DNA from: Candidatus Eiseniibacteriota bacterium
Lineage (GTDB): Bacteria; Eisenbacteria; RBG-16-71-46; JABDJR01; JAWXBZ01
NCBI GenBank assembly: GCA_034440375.1
Contig: JAWXBZ010000122.1
Coordinates: 1-59,512, forward strand
DNA length: 59,512 nt
Reading direction: 5' to 3'
A program made the position numbers and the translations under genes. This document shows positions 18,001-25,013 of the stretch, one piece after another; positions within the stretch are counted from its first letter, which is position 1, and every line of letters begins with the position of its first letter. The notes beneath the pieces were generated by a model. That model was not told where the DNA came from. It did not search any database and saw nothing but the letters and a program-made list of their open reading frames with translations.

Positions 18001-18631
18001 CGTACACCTGGTTTTCGAAGGGGCTTCCCGGCGTACGATCGACGTGGCCCATCTCCTTGTCATCGCCCGAACTGCTCAGGGGATCGATGTTCTGGAAGGC
18101 GCCCCAGGTGATCCCGTAGTTGGCACTCGCAATGAGACCGATGCCCGAGGGGTTGCGCAGCGTGACGTCGAACGTGCTGCCCAGGTTGTCATGCAGCGAC
18201 ACCGGATCGCCGAAGTTGGGATTGGCGTTCGGAAAGACGTTGCTGCCCGCCCAGGTGGCACCGGCGTCCAGGGAGTAGAAGTAACCCTGGCCGGTGGAGG
18301 TGGGCGTTGTGTTGGAGGTAATCAGGAATCGGAGTGGATTCGTGTACGACACCGAAACCGACACCTCGGTCTGGGGATCGGCCGAGGGGAAAACCTGGAC
18401 ATCCGCGTTGTTGATCGGGGAGTTGATCAGCGCGTCCCCTGGAATCCAGTAGCGCGGCGTCAAATCCGATTGGACCGGCGTTGGGGGCGTGACAACATTC
18501 CCCTTCATCAACTTGCCGATGCTCCACGGCCCGGCCTTTTCTCGCGCGGAGGCGGTAAAGGCCGAGACCAGCATCAACGTCGCGGTGAGGGTGGCGACGA
18601 GGATGCGCGAACGGGTGGTAGCGTGGAGCAT
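12086..18631 (-). CDS. Large secreted multidomain protein: BNR/Asp-box propeller, FN3 domains, duplicated supermodule with Ig/BACON-like and NIDO-like parts, C-terminal FlgD-Ig/Por-tail-like domain
   Basis: GGAGG RBS and signal peptide; Asp boxes SLDAGATW, SLNGGATW, SDNGGATW, STDGGNTW; repeated GGPDxxGYRWIDSD; C-terminal NYPNPF...FDATGRLVR...AGFYFLR. Confidence 0.9.
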   Translation of the reverse strand: MLHATTRSRILVATLTATLMLVSAFTASAREKAGPWSIGKLMKGNVVTPPTPVQSDLTPRYWIPGDALINSPINNADVQVFPSADPQTEVSVSVSYTNPLRFLITSNTTPTSTGQGYFYSLDAGATWAGSNVFPNANPNFGDPVSLHDNLGSTFDVTLRNPSGIGLIASANYGITWGAFQNIDPLSSSGDDKEMGHVDRTPGSPFENQVYVAWTDFNLADPHVVLTRSGDGYAARTDLSAALGPDLGQGCDITTGPNGEVYVTWAVYAGGFLPESGIGFASSLNGGATWAPAVQAFPVVGIRSSNGANPDFNNTRINGFPSITCDVSSGPNSGRIYITYADRSTGDSDVYCRYSDNGGATWSASIRVHPDPVANGKQQWFPWIDCDPISGDVSLSYFSMDTGGAGFQTKTWVSHSTDGGNTWDAFPVQDVYTLPTALPSPFAGGYAGDYYQICAYNGRAWAAWADNRTGQYNAYWDEIVYADPDDPNAPSSITATSDCTTPTTIQLDWTDPITRVNGTLLSDFEIQITRVGGPTVTVEQGIETYTDGGLTTGTLYTYELRTHDQDNDSLSIVASISKYAGGDPTPAPPSSFSVTAVAGPAFDLDWTNPTTNIDGSQLCDFDGVNVYRNGAYLATVSLAPGDIGLAGSYTDAAPMPGVNCYKLTAVDSEIPVNESNFTAEICVEVPLNPPFSDCFDVAGAPDSGKWTTGGVVIDALSSNPPTPPNAADFDGTDVLTSRAIDMGAASGLGYVMLYQKEQTGNAESPDPTNDLVVEFYNSNGIWDEVGRHLGVEGDEIAFTTHIVNLDSLTPSGGTYFHSQFRYRFRTTGDPGFDNWFVDCTTLDIPSCGATIAVAPLSVDDTLVAGDPSGDADPVTVSNSCQFNALTWTAAENPDVTWLTLSGAGGTISGLGNQNFVASFNATGLLPGVYNTTIDVSSNDVGNPVVSVTATLTVTDAPDINVSPTSITNTLANTDPAAHDAVTIDNVGSGPLEYSVLDAASAVRSWAGPQFVGIRRADGSVLPMGAAPGPVASTVKQRWYAGPLGDAEDRINRIDGGFDPAAEFEGDRVRSRDRLKNLGDRGQNIHYPPQPFAQGGPDGAGYRWIDSDETNGPLFNWVDISGIGTDTGIAGDDVNVGPFVLGFSFNHYGNSFNSIRVGSNGILSFSSSSTSFTNSALPSGTAPFDLLAPFWDDLNPAVGGTVYYYADGANDRFIVQWDGVPYFADNASSNTFQVIINKDGTIVFQYLDIDEPSNGLTVGLQNGAGTIGLQVAFNQAYVHNELAVLLYQDAPWLSASPTSGTVPPGGSALLDVVSDPTGLSPGVYYGNVLIQSNDPDEPVSRVHVELNVTGVGAPLPFCDNFNVGATPDAAKWTNTGVVLNGNGVNEPSLPTSADLNGSDIMTSIQLDLSTAGGSGKTLTYFQEAGGGGDVPEVGNDLVVDFRNSNGIWDEVDRVLGGTGAASTYTLRIVDIDGLTPSSGTFFHGLFQMRIRTTGQAGTDDWFVDDLCIDNPPCAPTITVNPTAVCDTLVAGSVGMEKPVTISNSCGFANLIFNTVESPDQPWLSVLPTNGIVSGATSTVIQLTFDATGMLPGNYTTTLFVTSNDPVTPSVPVSICFKVTGAPLAVIEPDSICPVITVVNGPVVHRAASIMNAGVVPLIWRLADTQGIPAAPGSFRTAGSSAGQFLPNDKKLEMFKDVMDLVNPELEPGAIVGGDPEAKGYESPLRGGLQPYAQGGPDAFGYRWIDSDQVGGPDVEWVEIEGLAGTVDTGINGDDQNRGPFALGFVFPYYGVNYSSMRVCSNGWISPTATQTTFTNTTLPAIATPNNTICPFWDDLLPTTTRGKVWFRTDPSMGRAIFEWKKVPRFSSPSDTLTFQVILCKDGSIQYNYLRLNGVTNSATVGIENAAGTVGLLTAFNTAYLHNGMSILIQNEQEWLSATPTSGTINPGDTQLINVAFNPAGVAIGQHRGFLRIKTNDPTQSKAIIPICMTVVDPVSVALARFEALSTPDGVSIVWETAEESDHSHFDLYRSEGLNGDYLQMNQTPITGDGRYGYTDGTVVDGTEYRYQLEAVDRHGERQSFGPIVVTYAGRPTAFSLVQNYPNPFSGRTTFQLALPAASDIRLRVFDATGRLVRSFHEGSMDAGRHTFEWNGQDENGQSAAAGFYFLRADSPLGTKTVRMMLVK
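12660..16575 (-). repeat. Intragenic tandem duplication of a ~650-aa supermodule (approx. 16575-14580 and 14575-12660)
   Basis: PFSDCF..PDSGKW..DLVVEFYNSNGIWDEV matches PFCDNF..PDAAKW..DLVVDFRNSNGIWDEV; QGGPDGAGYRWIDSD matches QGGPDAFGYRWIDSD. Boundaries are approximate. Confidence 0.8.
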
Positions 18632-19117
18632 GGGGACCTCCTGAAGAGTGGAAACCCTGCGTTGCTACGAAAACCCTGACTAAATTGGTACCCAACGACC
18701 GGACACCGCCAGAAGATGGCGGCAATCCAGTTCTTCGTTGCTGTCGGGTGAAGTGAAGAGGAAATTGGTGGTTCGTTCGGCCACACCCCGGAAGCCGGTT
18801 GAGCCTTATTTTTATAGAACCATGCTCATCCTGATGCAAGAAGAAAATGAAAAACTTCGTCGTTTGACCCGGCTTTCGACCGTCGTCCCTCGTCGGCCGA
18901 CCGTCAACACTGCATGACAGAATGTCATTGGCCGGATCCGGAAAGCCGCTGCCGGTTGGCTTTTTCGACAGGTGATGGTGGCATCCGACAACGGCAAGGA
19001 AAACGGAGGGCTTGTCACCACGCCTCGTCATGTTGTGGCGCTGAAAGCGATTACAACAACGGAGTGAAACCATTCAGTTCCACCCCGTCGTCACAAGACT
19101 TACTGTCAAGTCACCGA

Positions 19118-21355
19118 TCAGCGAACGAAAAGCATCTCCCGGTACTTGGGTAGTGGCCACGATCCGTCCTCAATGAGGTTTTCCAGCCGGTCGGCGCTGG
19201 TGCGAACGTCGGCCAGGAGCGTACGGACCTCGTCGGCCAGTCGACGCGCCTTCTTCGCCTCATCATGGATGCCTTCAACCTCTGCCAGTCGGCCACGGAG
19301 TTGCTCGGCCGCGGCCAGGATTTCCGAAAGGCCATCGCCGAGCGCCGACGCGCGACGGGAAAGCGCTTCGGAAGCGTTGCCGCTGGCCAGTGACACGCCC
19401 GCTGCCTTCAATTCGGCCCGGGCCTTGAGGGCCGCGGCTGTTACCACCATCTGACGCTCGGCGGCGGGGGCCACCAGGGTTTCGAGCATCTCCAGAACCG
19501 TCTCGGCCTCGAGCATGACCTGCTTGATGTAGCGCTCGAGAGCCACGTTCTCCCGGCTGGCAATCTCGTCCTTCGAAAAGATGCCGTGTTCCGTCAGGAA
19601 CCCCGAGTGTTTCCGGTCCGCGAAGGCTTCGATGGCTGCCGGCGTGTCGACCAGGTTCGGCAGGCCGCGCTTTTCGGCCTCCTTCCGCCACTCGTCACTG
19701 TAGTTGTTTCCTTCAAAGCGGATCGCGGCCGACTCCGTGAAAACTTCCCGAAGGAGTGCCAGCACCGCCTCGTCCCGCGCGGCCCCCGCGTCAATCCGCG
19801 CCCTGAGACGCGATGTCATCTGGCTCAGTGCGTCCGCCACCGCCGCGTTGAGCAGGGCCACAGGCACGGCGCAGTTGGCGCTGCTGCCGACCGCCCGGTA
19901 CTCGAATTTGTTGCCGGTGAAGGCGAACGGGCTCGTTCGATTGCGGTCGGTATTGTCGCGGGCCAGCTGCGGCAGCTTGGCCACGCCCATCTGCAGGACG
20001 AAATGCTCCGCATCCTCACCCGCCGAGCCCGACATGACCCGCTCGATGACCTTCGTCAGCTGATCGCCGACGAAGCACGAGAGAATGGCCGGTGGCGCCT
20101 CGTTGGCGCCGAGCCGCAGGTCGTTGGCCGCATTGGCGATCGAGTAGCGCAGCGCCACCGAGTGATCGTGAACCGCCTTGAGACACACCGCCAGAAATGC
20201 CAGGAAACGGAGATTCTGGTGCGGGGTGCGCCCCGGCTCGAGGAGGTTCTCACCCTTGTCGGTGGCCATGCTCCAGTTGCAGTGCTTGCCGCTGCCGTTG
20301 AGTCCGGCAAACGGTTTTTCATAGAAGATACAAACGAAGTCATGGCGCAGTGCCACCTTGCGGGCGATGTCCATGGCCAGTGCGTTGTGGTCGTTGGCCA
20401 GGTTCACTTCCTCGAAGATCGGCGCCATCTCGAACTGCATCGGCGCCACCTCGTTATGTCGCGTCCGGATGGGGATGCCGAGCCGGTGCGACTCAAACTC
20501 CATCTCCTCCATGAAGGCCAGGACCCGGCTCGGGATGGAGCCGAAGTAGTGGTCCTCGAACTGCTGCCCGCGGGGGGACGCCGCGCCAAGGAGCGTCCGT
20601 TCGGTCAGCATGAGATCGGGCCGCAGCGCGAAGTGCGTCCGGTCGATCAGGAAGTACTCCTGCTCGCAACCGAGCGTGGCCGTCACCGCGTGTACATCGA
20701 CATCGCCGAGCAGCTTGAGGAAGGCCGTGGCCTGTTTCGACAGGACCTCGAGGCTGCGAAGCAGCGGTGTCTTGTGATCCAGGCTGTCGCCGTAATAGCT
20801 GATGAAGACTGATGGGATGCAAAGCGTCATCCCGTTGGTGCTTTCCACCAGGAACATGGGCGAGGAGGGATCCCATGCCGTGTAGCCACGGGCCTCGAAC
20901 GTGGAGCGCATGCCGCCGGAGGGAAACGAGCTGGCATCGGGCTCGCTCTGGACCAGCTGGCTGCCCGAGAGTTTTTCCAGCACCTTGAGTTCGCCGGTCA
21001 TCGACACGTTCAGGTCGATGAAGCTGTCGTGCTTCTCGGCCGTCGAGCCGGTCATCGGCTGAAACCAGTGCGTGAAGTGAGTGGCGCCGTGCTGAATGGA
21101 CCAGTCCCGGGCCACCGAGGCGATGGTGTCGGCCACTTCCTTGGTCAGCGGCAGGCCATTCTTCAGCGTTCCGACCAGCCCGGAGTAGATCTCGCGCGGG
21201 AGTTTTTCCTTGAGCTTGATCAGGTCGAGGACATGCTCCCCGAAGTAGGCGCTGACCGGCGAGCGGCGGCCGTCGGGAAGTCGGGGGGGGTCGAAGACGC
21301 GCGGCTTTCGGGAATTTACCAGCAGGCGCGCTTCATCGCGGGGGGTGAAACTCAT
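19118..21355 (-). CDS. glnN: Glutamine synthetase type III
   Basis: HFTHWFQPMTGSTAEKHDSF, EPDASSFPSGGMRSTFEARGYTAWD, HNEVAPMQFE, KPFAGLNGSGKHCNWS, DRNRTSPFAFTGNKFEYR. Start reassigned to ATG 21355 (GGAGG RBS). Confidence 0.95.
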   Translation of the reverse strand: MSFTPRDEARLLVNSRKPRVFDPPRLPDGRRSPVSAYFGEHVLDLIKLKEKLPREIYSGLVGTLKNGLPLTKEVADTIASVARDWSIQHGATHFTHWFQPMTGSTAEKHDSFIDLNVSMTGELKVLEKLSGSQLVQSEPDASSFPSGGMRSTFEARGYTAWDPSSPMFLVESTNGMTLCIPSVFISYYGDSLDHKTPLLRSLEVLSKQATAFLKLLGDVDVHAVTATLGCEQEYFLIDRTHFALRPDLMLTERTLLGAASPRGQQFEDHYFGSIPSRVLAFMEEMEFESHRLGIPIRTRHNEVAPMQFEMAPIFEEVNLANDHNALAMDIARKVALRHDFVCIFYEKPFAGLNGSGKHCNWSMATDKGENLLEPGRTPHQNLRFLAFLAVCLKAVHDHSVALRYSIANAANDLRLGANEAPPAILSCFVGDQLTKVIERVMSGSAGEDAEHFVLQMGVAKLPQLARDNTDRNRTSPFAFTGNKFEYRAVGSSANCAVPVALLNAAVADALSQMTSRLRARIDAGAARDEAVLALLREVFTESAAIRFEGNNYSDEWRKEAEKRGLPNLVDTPAAIEAFADRKHSGFLTEHGIFSKDEIASRENVALERYIKQVMLEAETVLEMLETLVAPAAERQMVVTAAALKARAELKAAGVSLASGNASEALSRRASALGDGLSEILAAAEQLRGRLAEVEGIHDEAKKARRLADEVRTLLADVRTSADRLENLIEDGSWPLPKYREMLFVR

Positions 21356-21561
21356 CTTCAATATCCTCCGTGGCGACCACGACAAGCCAATACCTGCCGG
21401 AATCACTGGACAAGGGAACTCCGGCGAACAAACGCCCGCGCGGAATCCCCACGAAACGATGGAAAGGAGTATACCGCAGGGAGCCTGGAAGACCAGATTT
21501 CGATCGTAAACACATGCGAAAGAAACGCTTAGATGCCCGGGTCCACTCCTTTTGCCGCCTC

Positions 21562-21577
21562 GCAATCGGCCTGCCTG
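21562..21577 (-). promoter_or_regulatory. Possible sigma54 promoter for the GSIII gene
   Basis: AGGCAGGCCGATTGCG fits GG-N10-GC with TTGC but has two mismatches in the TGGCAC box. Confidence 0.3.
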
Positions 21578-21596
21578 ACACGTCCTTGGCCGGGGG

Positions 21597-21626
21597 TTGA
21601 TTCTTGCGCGCCCCTGCCGATAGACT
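21597..21626 (+). promoter_or_regulatory. Possible sigma70 promoter for the metal-efflux operon
   Basis: TTGATT-N18-TAGACT; the predicted +1 falls at or next to ATG 21634. Confidence 0.35.
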
Positions 21627-21633
21627 TGAAACA

Positions 21634-21948
21634 ATGAATCGAGTGTTTCGACGCATGACCATTCGCGGCCTGGCCAGGTCAATCCTTTTGGCCGGGATGC
21701 TGCTTGCCCTGCTCGTCGGATCTCATGTCCTCCCCGATCCGTGCCTGAGCCGTGGGGACGATTGCTGCTCCGCGCAGTCATCCACACACAGCTGCAATAC
21801 CCCCTGCTGCGCCGGCATGCAGGCAACGCCTGAAGTTGTCTTTCGACTCGATATGCCTGTCGGAGTTCAGATGGCTTTCGACCGCATTGTTTCCTCGCTT
21901 GACTTCACCCCTCCTGATCCGCTCGTCCGTCCCCCGATAGCGGCCTAA
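21634..21948 (+). CDS. Small Cys-rich exported/membrane protein leading the efflux operon
   Basis: Hydrophobic segment followed by DPCLSRGDDCC...HSCNTPCC; C-terminal RPPIAA resembles DUF2946-type leaders of metal transport operons. Confidence 0.55.
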   Translation: MNRVFRRMTIRGLARSILLAGMLLALLVGSHVLPDPCLSRGDDCCSAQSSTHSCNTPCCAGMQATPEVVFRLDMPVGVQMAFDRIVSSLDFTPPDPLVRPPIAA

Positions 21949-22030
21949 CTCCGCCCCGCCCGCCTTCCTTCCGCGTTTTCAAAACAGCTGAATTTTCCCC
22001 TGCGATGCAGGTGACAAAGGACATTTCTCA

Positions 22031-23263
22031 ATGTCTTGGATAATGGCTTCCTGCCTGTTGGCCAGCATGCTGCTTGTTTCGCCGTTACACGCCCAGCGTT
22101 CCGCCCCGGCGGACGCCTTGACGCGCGCCCGGGTGGTGGAGCTGGCGATGGAGCGGGCACCCGATGTGCTCGATGCCGATGCGCGTCTTCTCGAATCGCA
22201 TGGTCGCCTGAGGGGTGCCCGGATTCTCACGGGAAACCCGGTGGTCGATGTCGTAACCGGGGGTTCAGGCGGTGGCGGTAACCGCACGGAGGTCGAGATC
22301 TCGGTTCCGGTCGGATTCGGGCTCAAGCGGGCGCGACGAATCGGGGTCGCGAACGCGGAGCTGCAGCGGGATGAGCGCCTGGCCGAGGATGCCCGTCGTC
22401 TGGCTGTCGGTGCCGCACTGAACGCGTACTACCGGGTTCTTCATGTGACGAGTCGACTTGGCGTGGCGCGGGAACGACTGGTGCTCGCCGAGCGACTCCG
22501 CAGCGCCATCGGGGACCGGTTCACCTCCGGAGACGTCGCCCGACTGGATCTCAATGTCGCGGAAACTGAAGTTTCCCGGGCCCGGAGTGATGTTTTTGTC
22601 GAGCAACAGGGCATCGCAGAGGCCAGGGCCGGGCTGGCTCTGGTCCTCGGGCTGCCTTCGATGACGGACCGGGACGTGGTGGGCGATCTTGCGGAGCGGC
22701 CGGCCCTCGAGGAATTTCGGAACGATTCCGAACTCACCGAGCGTCCCGATATCCAGGCGGCGGCCAGTCAGCTCAAGGCGGCTGGAGCCGAGCATTCGCT
22801 GGCCGGGATGGCCGCCCTGCCGGATCTCGCCTTCCGATTGAACTACCAACGGGCCGGCGATGACTCGGAGTGGCTGCCGGGCTTCGCCGTTACGGTTCCC
22901 GTCTTTGACCGGGGCCAGGGAATTCGGACCGAGACGAGAGCTCGGACCCATCGGGCCCGCCTGGAGCTGGAGCGTCGGACCGCGGCCGCCAGCGCGGAGC
23001 AGGAAGCTGCGACCGCGGCCTACACCGCCGCGGTCGCTTCAGTTGAGGAGCTCGAGAAGAACGCGCTCCCCCGAGCGCTCGAGATCGAAAGCATGAGCGA
23101 AGAAAGCTATCTCAGTGGAAAGTCCAACCTCGGAGCGATGCTCGTGTTGCGCCGGGAAACCCTCGAAACCCGCCTGGACTACGTGGATCGACTGCTCGAA
23201 GCGGCTCTCCGCGGGGTCGACGTTGGTCTTGCAATCGGAATGTGGCCTCAAGAAAGGAAATGA
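22031..23263 (+). CDS. TolC/CzcC-family outer-membrane efflux protein
   Basis: Signal peptide; OEP repeats (RFTSGDVARLDLNVAE, ERPDIQAA, LPDLAF, TVPVFDRGQG); directly upstream of the MFP and RND genes. Confidence 0.85.
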   Translation: MSWIMASCLLASMLLVSPLHAQRSAPADALTRARVVELAMERAPDVLDADARLLESHGRLRGARILTGNPVVDVVTGGSGGGGNRTEVEISVPVGFGLKRARRIGVANAELQRDERLAEDARRLAVGAALNAYYRVLHVTSRLGVARERLVLAERLRSAIGDRFTSGDVARLDLNVAETEVSRARSDVFVEQQGIAEARAGLALVLGLPSMTDRDVVGDLAERPALEEFRNDSELTERPDIQAAASQLKAAGAEHSLAGMAALPDLAFRLNYQRAGDDSEWLPGFAVTVPVFDRGQGIRTETRARTHRARLELERRTAAASAEQEAATAAYTAAVASVEELEKNALPRALEIESMSEESYLSGKSNLGAMLVLRRETLETRLDYVDRLLEAALRGVDVGLAIGMWPQERK

Positions 23264-23265
23264 AA

Positions 23266-23601
23266 ATGAACAAGATGACCCGGATGCCGATGACCCTGGT
23301 TGTTCTGGCTTTGATTGCCGGCTGTGGCAAGGGCGCCGACAGGAATGACACGACTGGCGCCAAGAAATCAGGTGGCGAGCCCAAGCATGCCGCCGCTGAT
23401 GTGGTCCCTGGCTCCTATGAAGATTGGTGTGGAGAACACGGGGTTGCCGAAAGCGTCTGCACCCGATGCGACCCCTCCCTGGTGGCCGCCTTCAAGGCGA
23501 CCAACGACTGGTGTGCGGAACACGGACTTCCGGAGTCACAGTGTCTTCAGTGCAACCCGGATCTGAAGATCGAGCGTCCGGCGAAGCCGAAGGGAATGTA
23601 A
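23266..23601 (+). CDS. Small lipoprotein with two CxEHxxxESxCxxC motifs
   Basis: AGAAAGGA RBS; lipobox IAGC; WCGEHGVAESVCTRC and WCAEHGLPESQCLQC. Confidence 0.75.
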   Translation: MNKMTRMPMTLVVLALIAGCGKGADRNDTTGAKKSGGEPKHAAADVVPGSYEDWCGEHGVAESVCTRCDPSLVAAFKATNDWCAEHGLPESQCLQCNPDLKIERPAKPKGM

Positions 23602-23602
23602 C

Positions 23603-24994
23603 GTGAGACACCTGTCCACCGCCGCGCTCTGCCTGGCGCTCCTGTTAGGTGGCTGCAGCCCGAAGGGCGGGCAGGACGCCGGACCGTCCCCGGCGCCCCA
23701 AACCGCCGGGGCACCAACGACGACCGGGTCGGCCGCCGAATCAGGGGAGGCCATGTGTCTCGAGCACGGGGTCCTGGAGTCTGTCTGCACCAGGTGTCAC
23801 CCCAAGCTGATCCCGATCTTCAAGGCCAAAGGGGACTGGTGTGCGGAGCACGAGTTTCCCGAATCCATCTGTCCGGTCTGCCATCCGGAGCGCGCCGGTA
23901 AACCGACGGCCGATGTGTCAACGGACGAGGCCCCGGCGGATGGAACCAGGATCCGCTTCAAGACTCTTGAAACGGCCCGGCAGGCCGGCATCGAGACGGT
24001 CAAGGCCGTCGATGGCAACGATGAGGGAGTGGTCATGGCCACGGCTCGAATCGTCCCGGATCCGGCTCGACTGGCTCGTGTCAACGTGACAGCACCGGGT
24101 GTTGTCCGGACACTGAAGGCGGATATCGGAACGCGGGTATCCCGGGGTGATCCTCTGGTTGTGATCGAGAGTGCCGTCGTGGCAACTGACAGAGCCCGAC
24201 TTGAATCTTCCCAAGCGCGGGTCCGAGCGGCGGAGGCCGGCCATCAACGTGAGACAGAACTCCACACCAAGGGCATTTCATCGCTGAAGGAGGTCCAGGC
24301 CTCTCGACAGGAACTTGAGATCGCTCGGGCCGATGCGGCCGCGGCCGGAGCGGCGCTTGGCATGGTGGGCGCCTCCGAGGGGCGTTCCGGGACCTACGTT
24401 CTTCGGGCTCCGATTGGGGGTATCGTGACCCGGAGAGATGCCAGCCTCGGTTCGCTGGTGGATGCGGAGGAAGTGATCTTCGAGATCATCGATACGTCAC
24501 GGCTCTGGGCCGAGATCGATATTCCGGAGCTGGATGCCTCCAGCGTTTCCGCCGGGCAGAAAGTGATCCTCCAGATCGAAGGAGTGCCGGATCGATCGTT
24601 CGAGGGAACGATCAGCTACGTGGCTCCGATGGTCGACGATCGAACCCGCACGGTCCTGGCACGAGCGGCGCTCGACAATCCGGGTGGAATACTGCGGGCC
24701 AACGTCTTCGCCAGGGCACAGGTTCTGGCCAGGACATCGAAGACAACGGTGTTGATTCCAAGGGCGGCGCTTCATGAGACAAAGGGTGTCAATCTCGTTT
24801 TCGTCCGATTGCGTGAGGACGAGTTCATCACTCGTCGGGTCAAGATTGGGGGAACGGCGGGCGACCTCGTCGCGGTCAACACGGGAATCACCTCCGGCGA
24901 AGACATCGTGACCACCGGCAGCTTCCTGCTCAAGACCGAAACCCTGAAGGGGAGCATCGGGGCCGGCTGCTGCGAAGTCGAGCCGCCTAAATGA
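23603..24994 (+). CDS. CzcB-like RND periplasmic adaptor with N-terminal Cys/His motifs
   Basis: Lipobox LGGC; MCLEHGVLESVCTRC and WCAEHEFPESICPVC; MFP core (LRAPIGGIVT, GTISYVAPMVDDRTRT); C-terminal GCC. Confidence 0.85.
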   Translation: MRHLSTAALCLALLLGGCSPKGGQDAGPSPAPQTAGAPTTTGSAAESGEAMCLEHGVLESVCTRCHPKLIPIFKAKGDWCAEHEFPESICPVCHPERAGKPTADVSTDEAPADGTRIRFKTLETARQAGIETVKAVDGNDEGVVMATARIVPDPARLARVNVTAPGVVRTLKADIGTRVSRGDPLVVIESAVVATDRARLESSQARVRAAEAGHQRETELHTKGISSLKEVQASRQELEIARADAAAAGAALGMVGASEGRSGTYVLRAPIGGIVTRRDASLGSLVDAEEVIFEIIDTSRLWAEIDIPELDASSVSAGQKVILQIEGVPDRSFEGTISYVAPMVDDRTRTVLARAALDNPGGILRANVFARAQVLARTSKTTVLIPRAALHETKGVNLVFVRLREDEFITRRVKIGGTAGDLVAVNTGITSGEDIVTTGSFLLKTETLKGSIGAGCCEVEPPK

Positions 24995-25013
24995 ATCATG
25001 AGCTGAGCCCGGA

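Noticed and set aside
12740-18679. Long plus-strand ORFs 12740-14680 (646 aa) and 16946-18679 (577 aa)
   Set aside because: Antisense shadows of the 2181-aa gene; Arg/Ala-rich, no motifs, expected at high GC.
21356-21826. N-terminal 157-aa extension of GSIII in the ORF track
   Set aside because: Low-complexity sequence overlapping a divergent gene; the true start is ATG 21355 with GGAGG. Similar spurious extensions were trimmed for the APC, TlpA, kup and 50911 ORFs.
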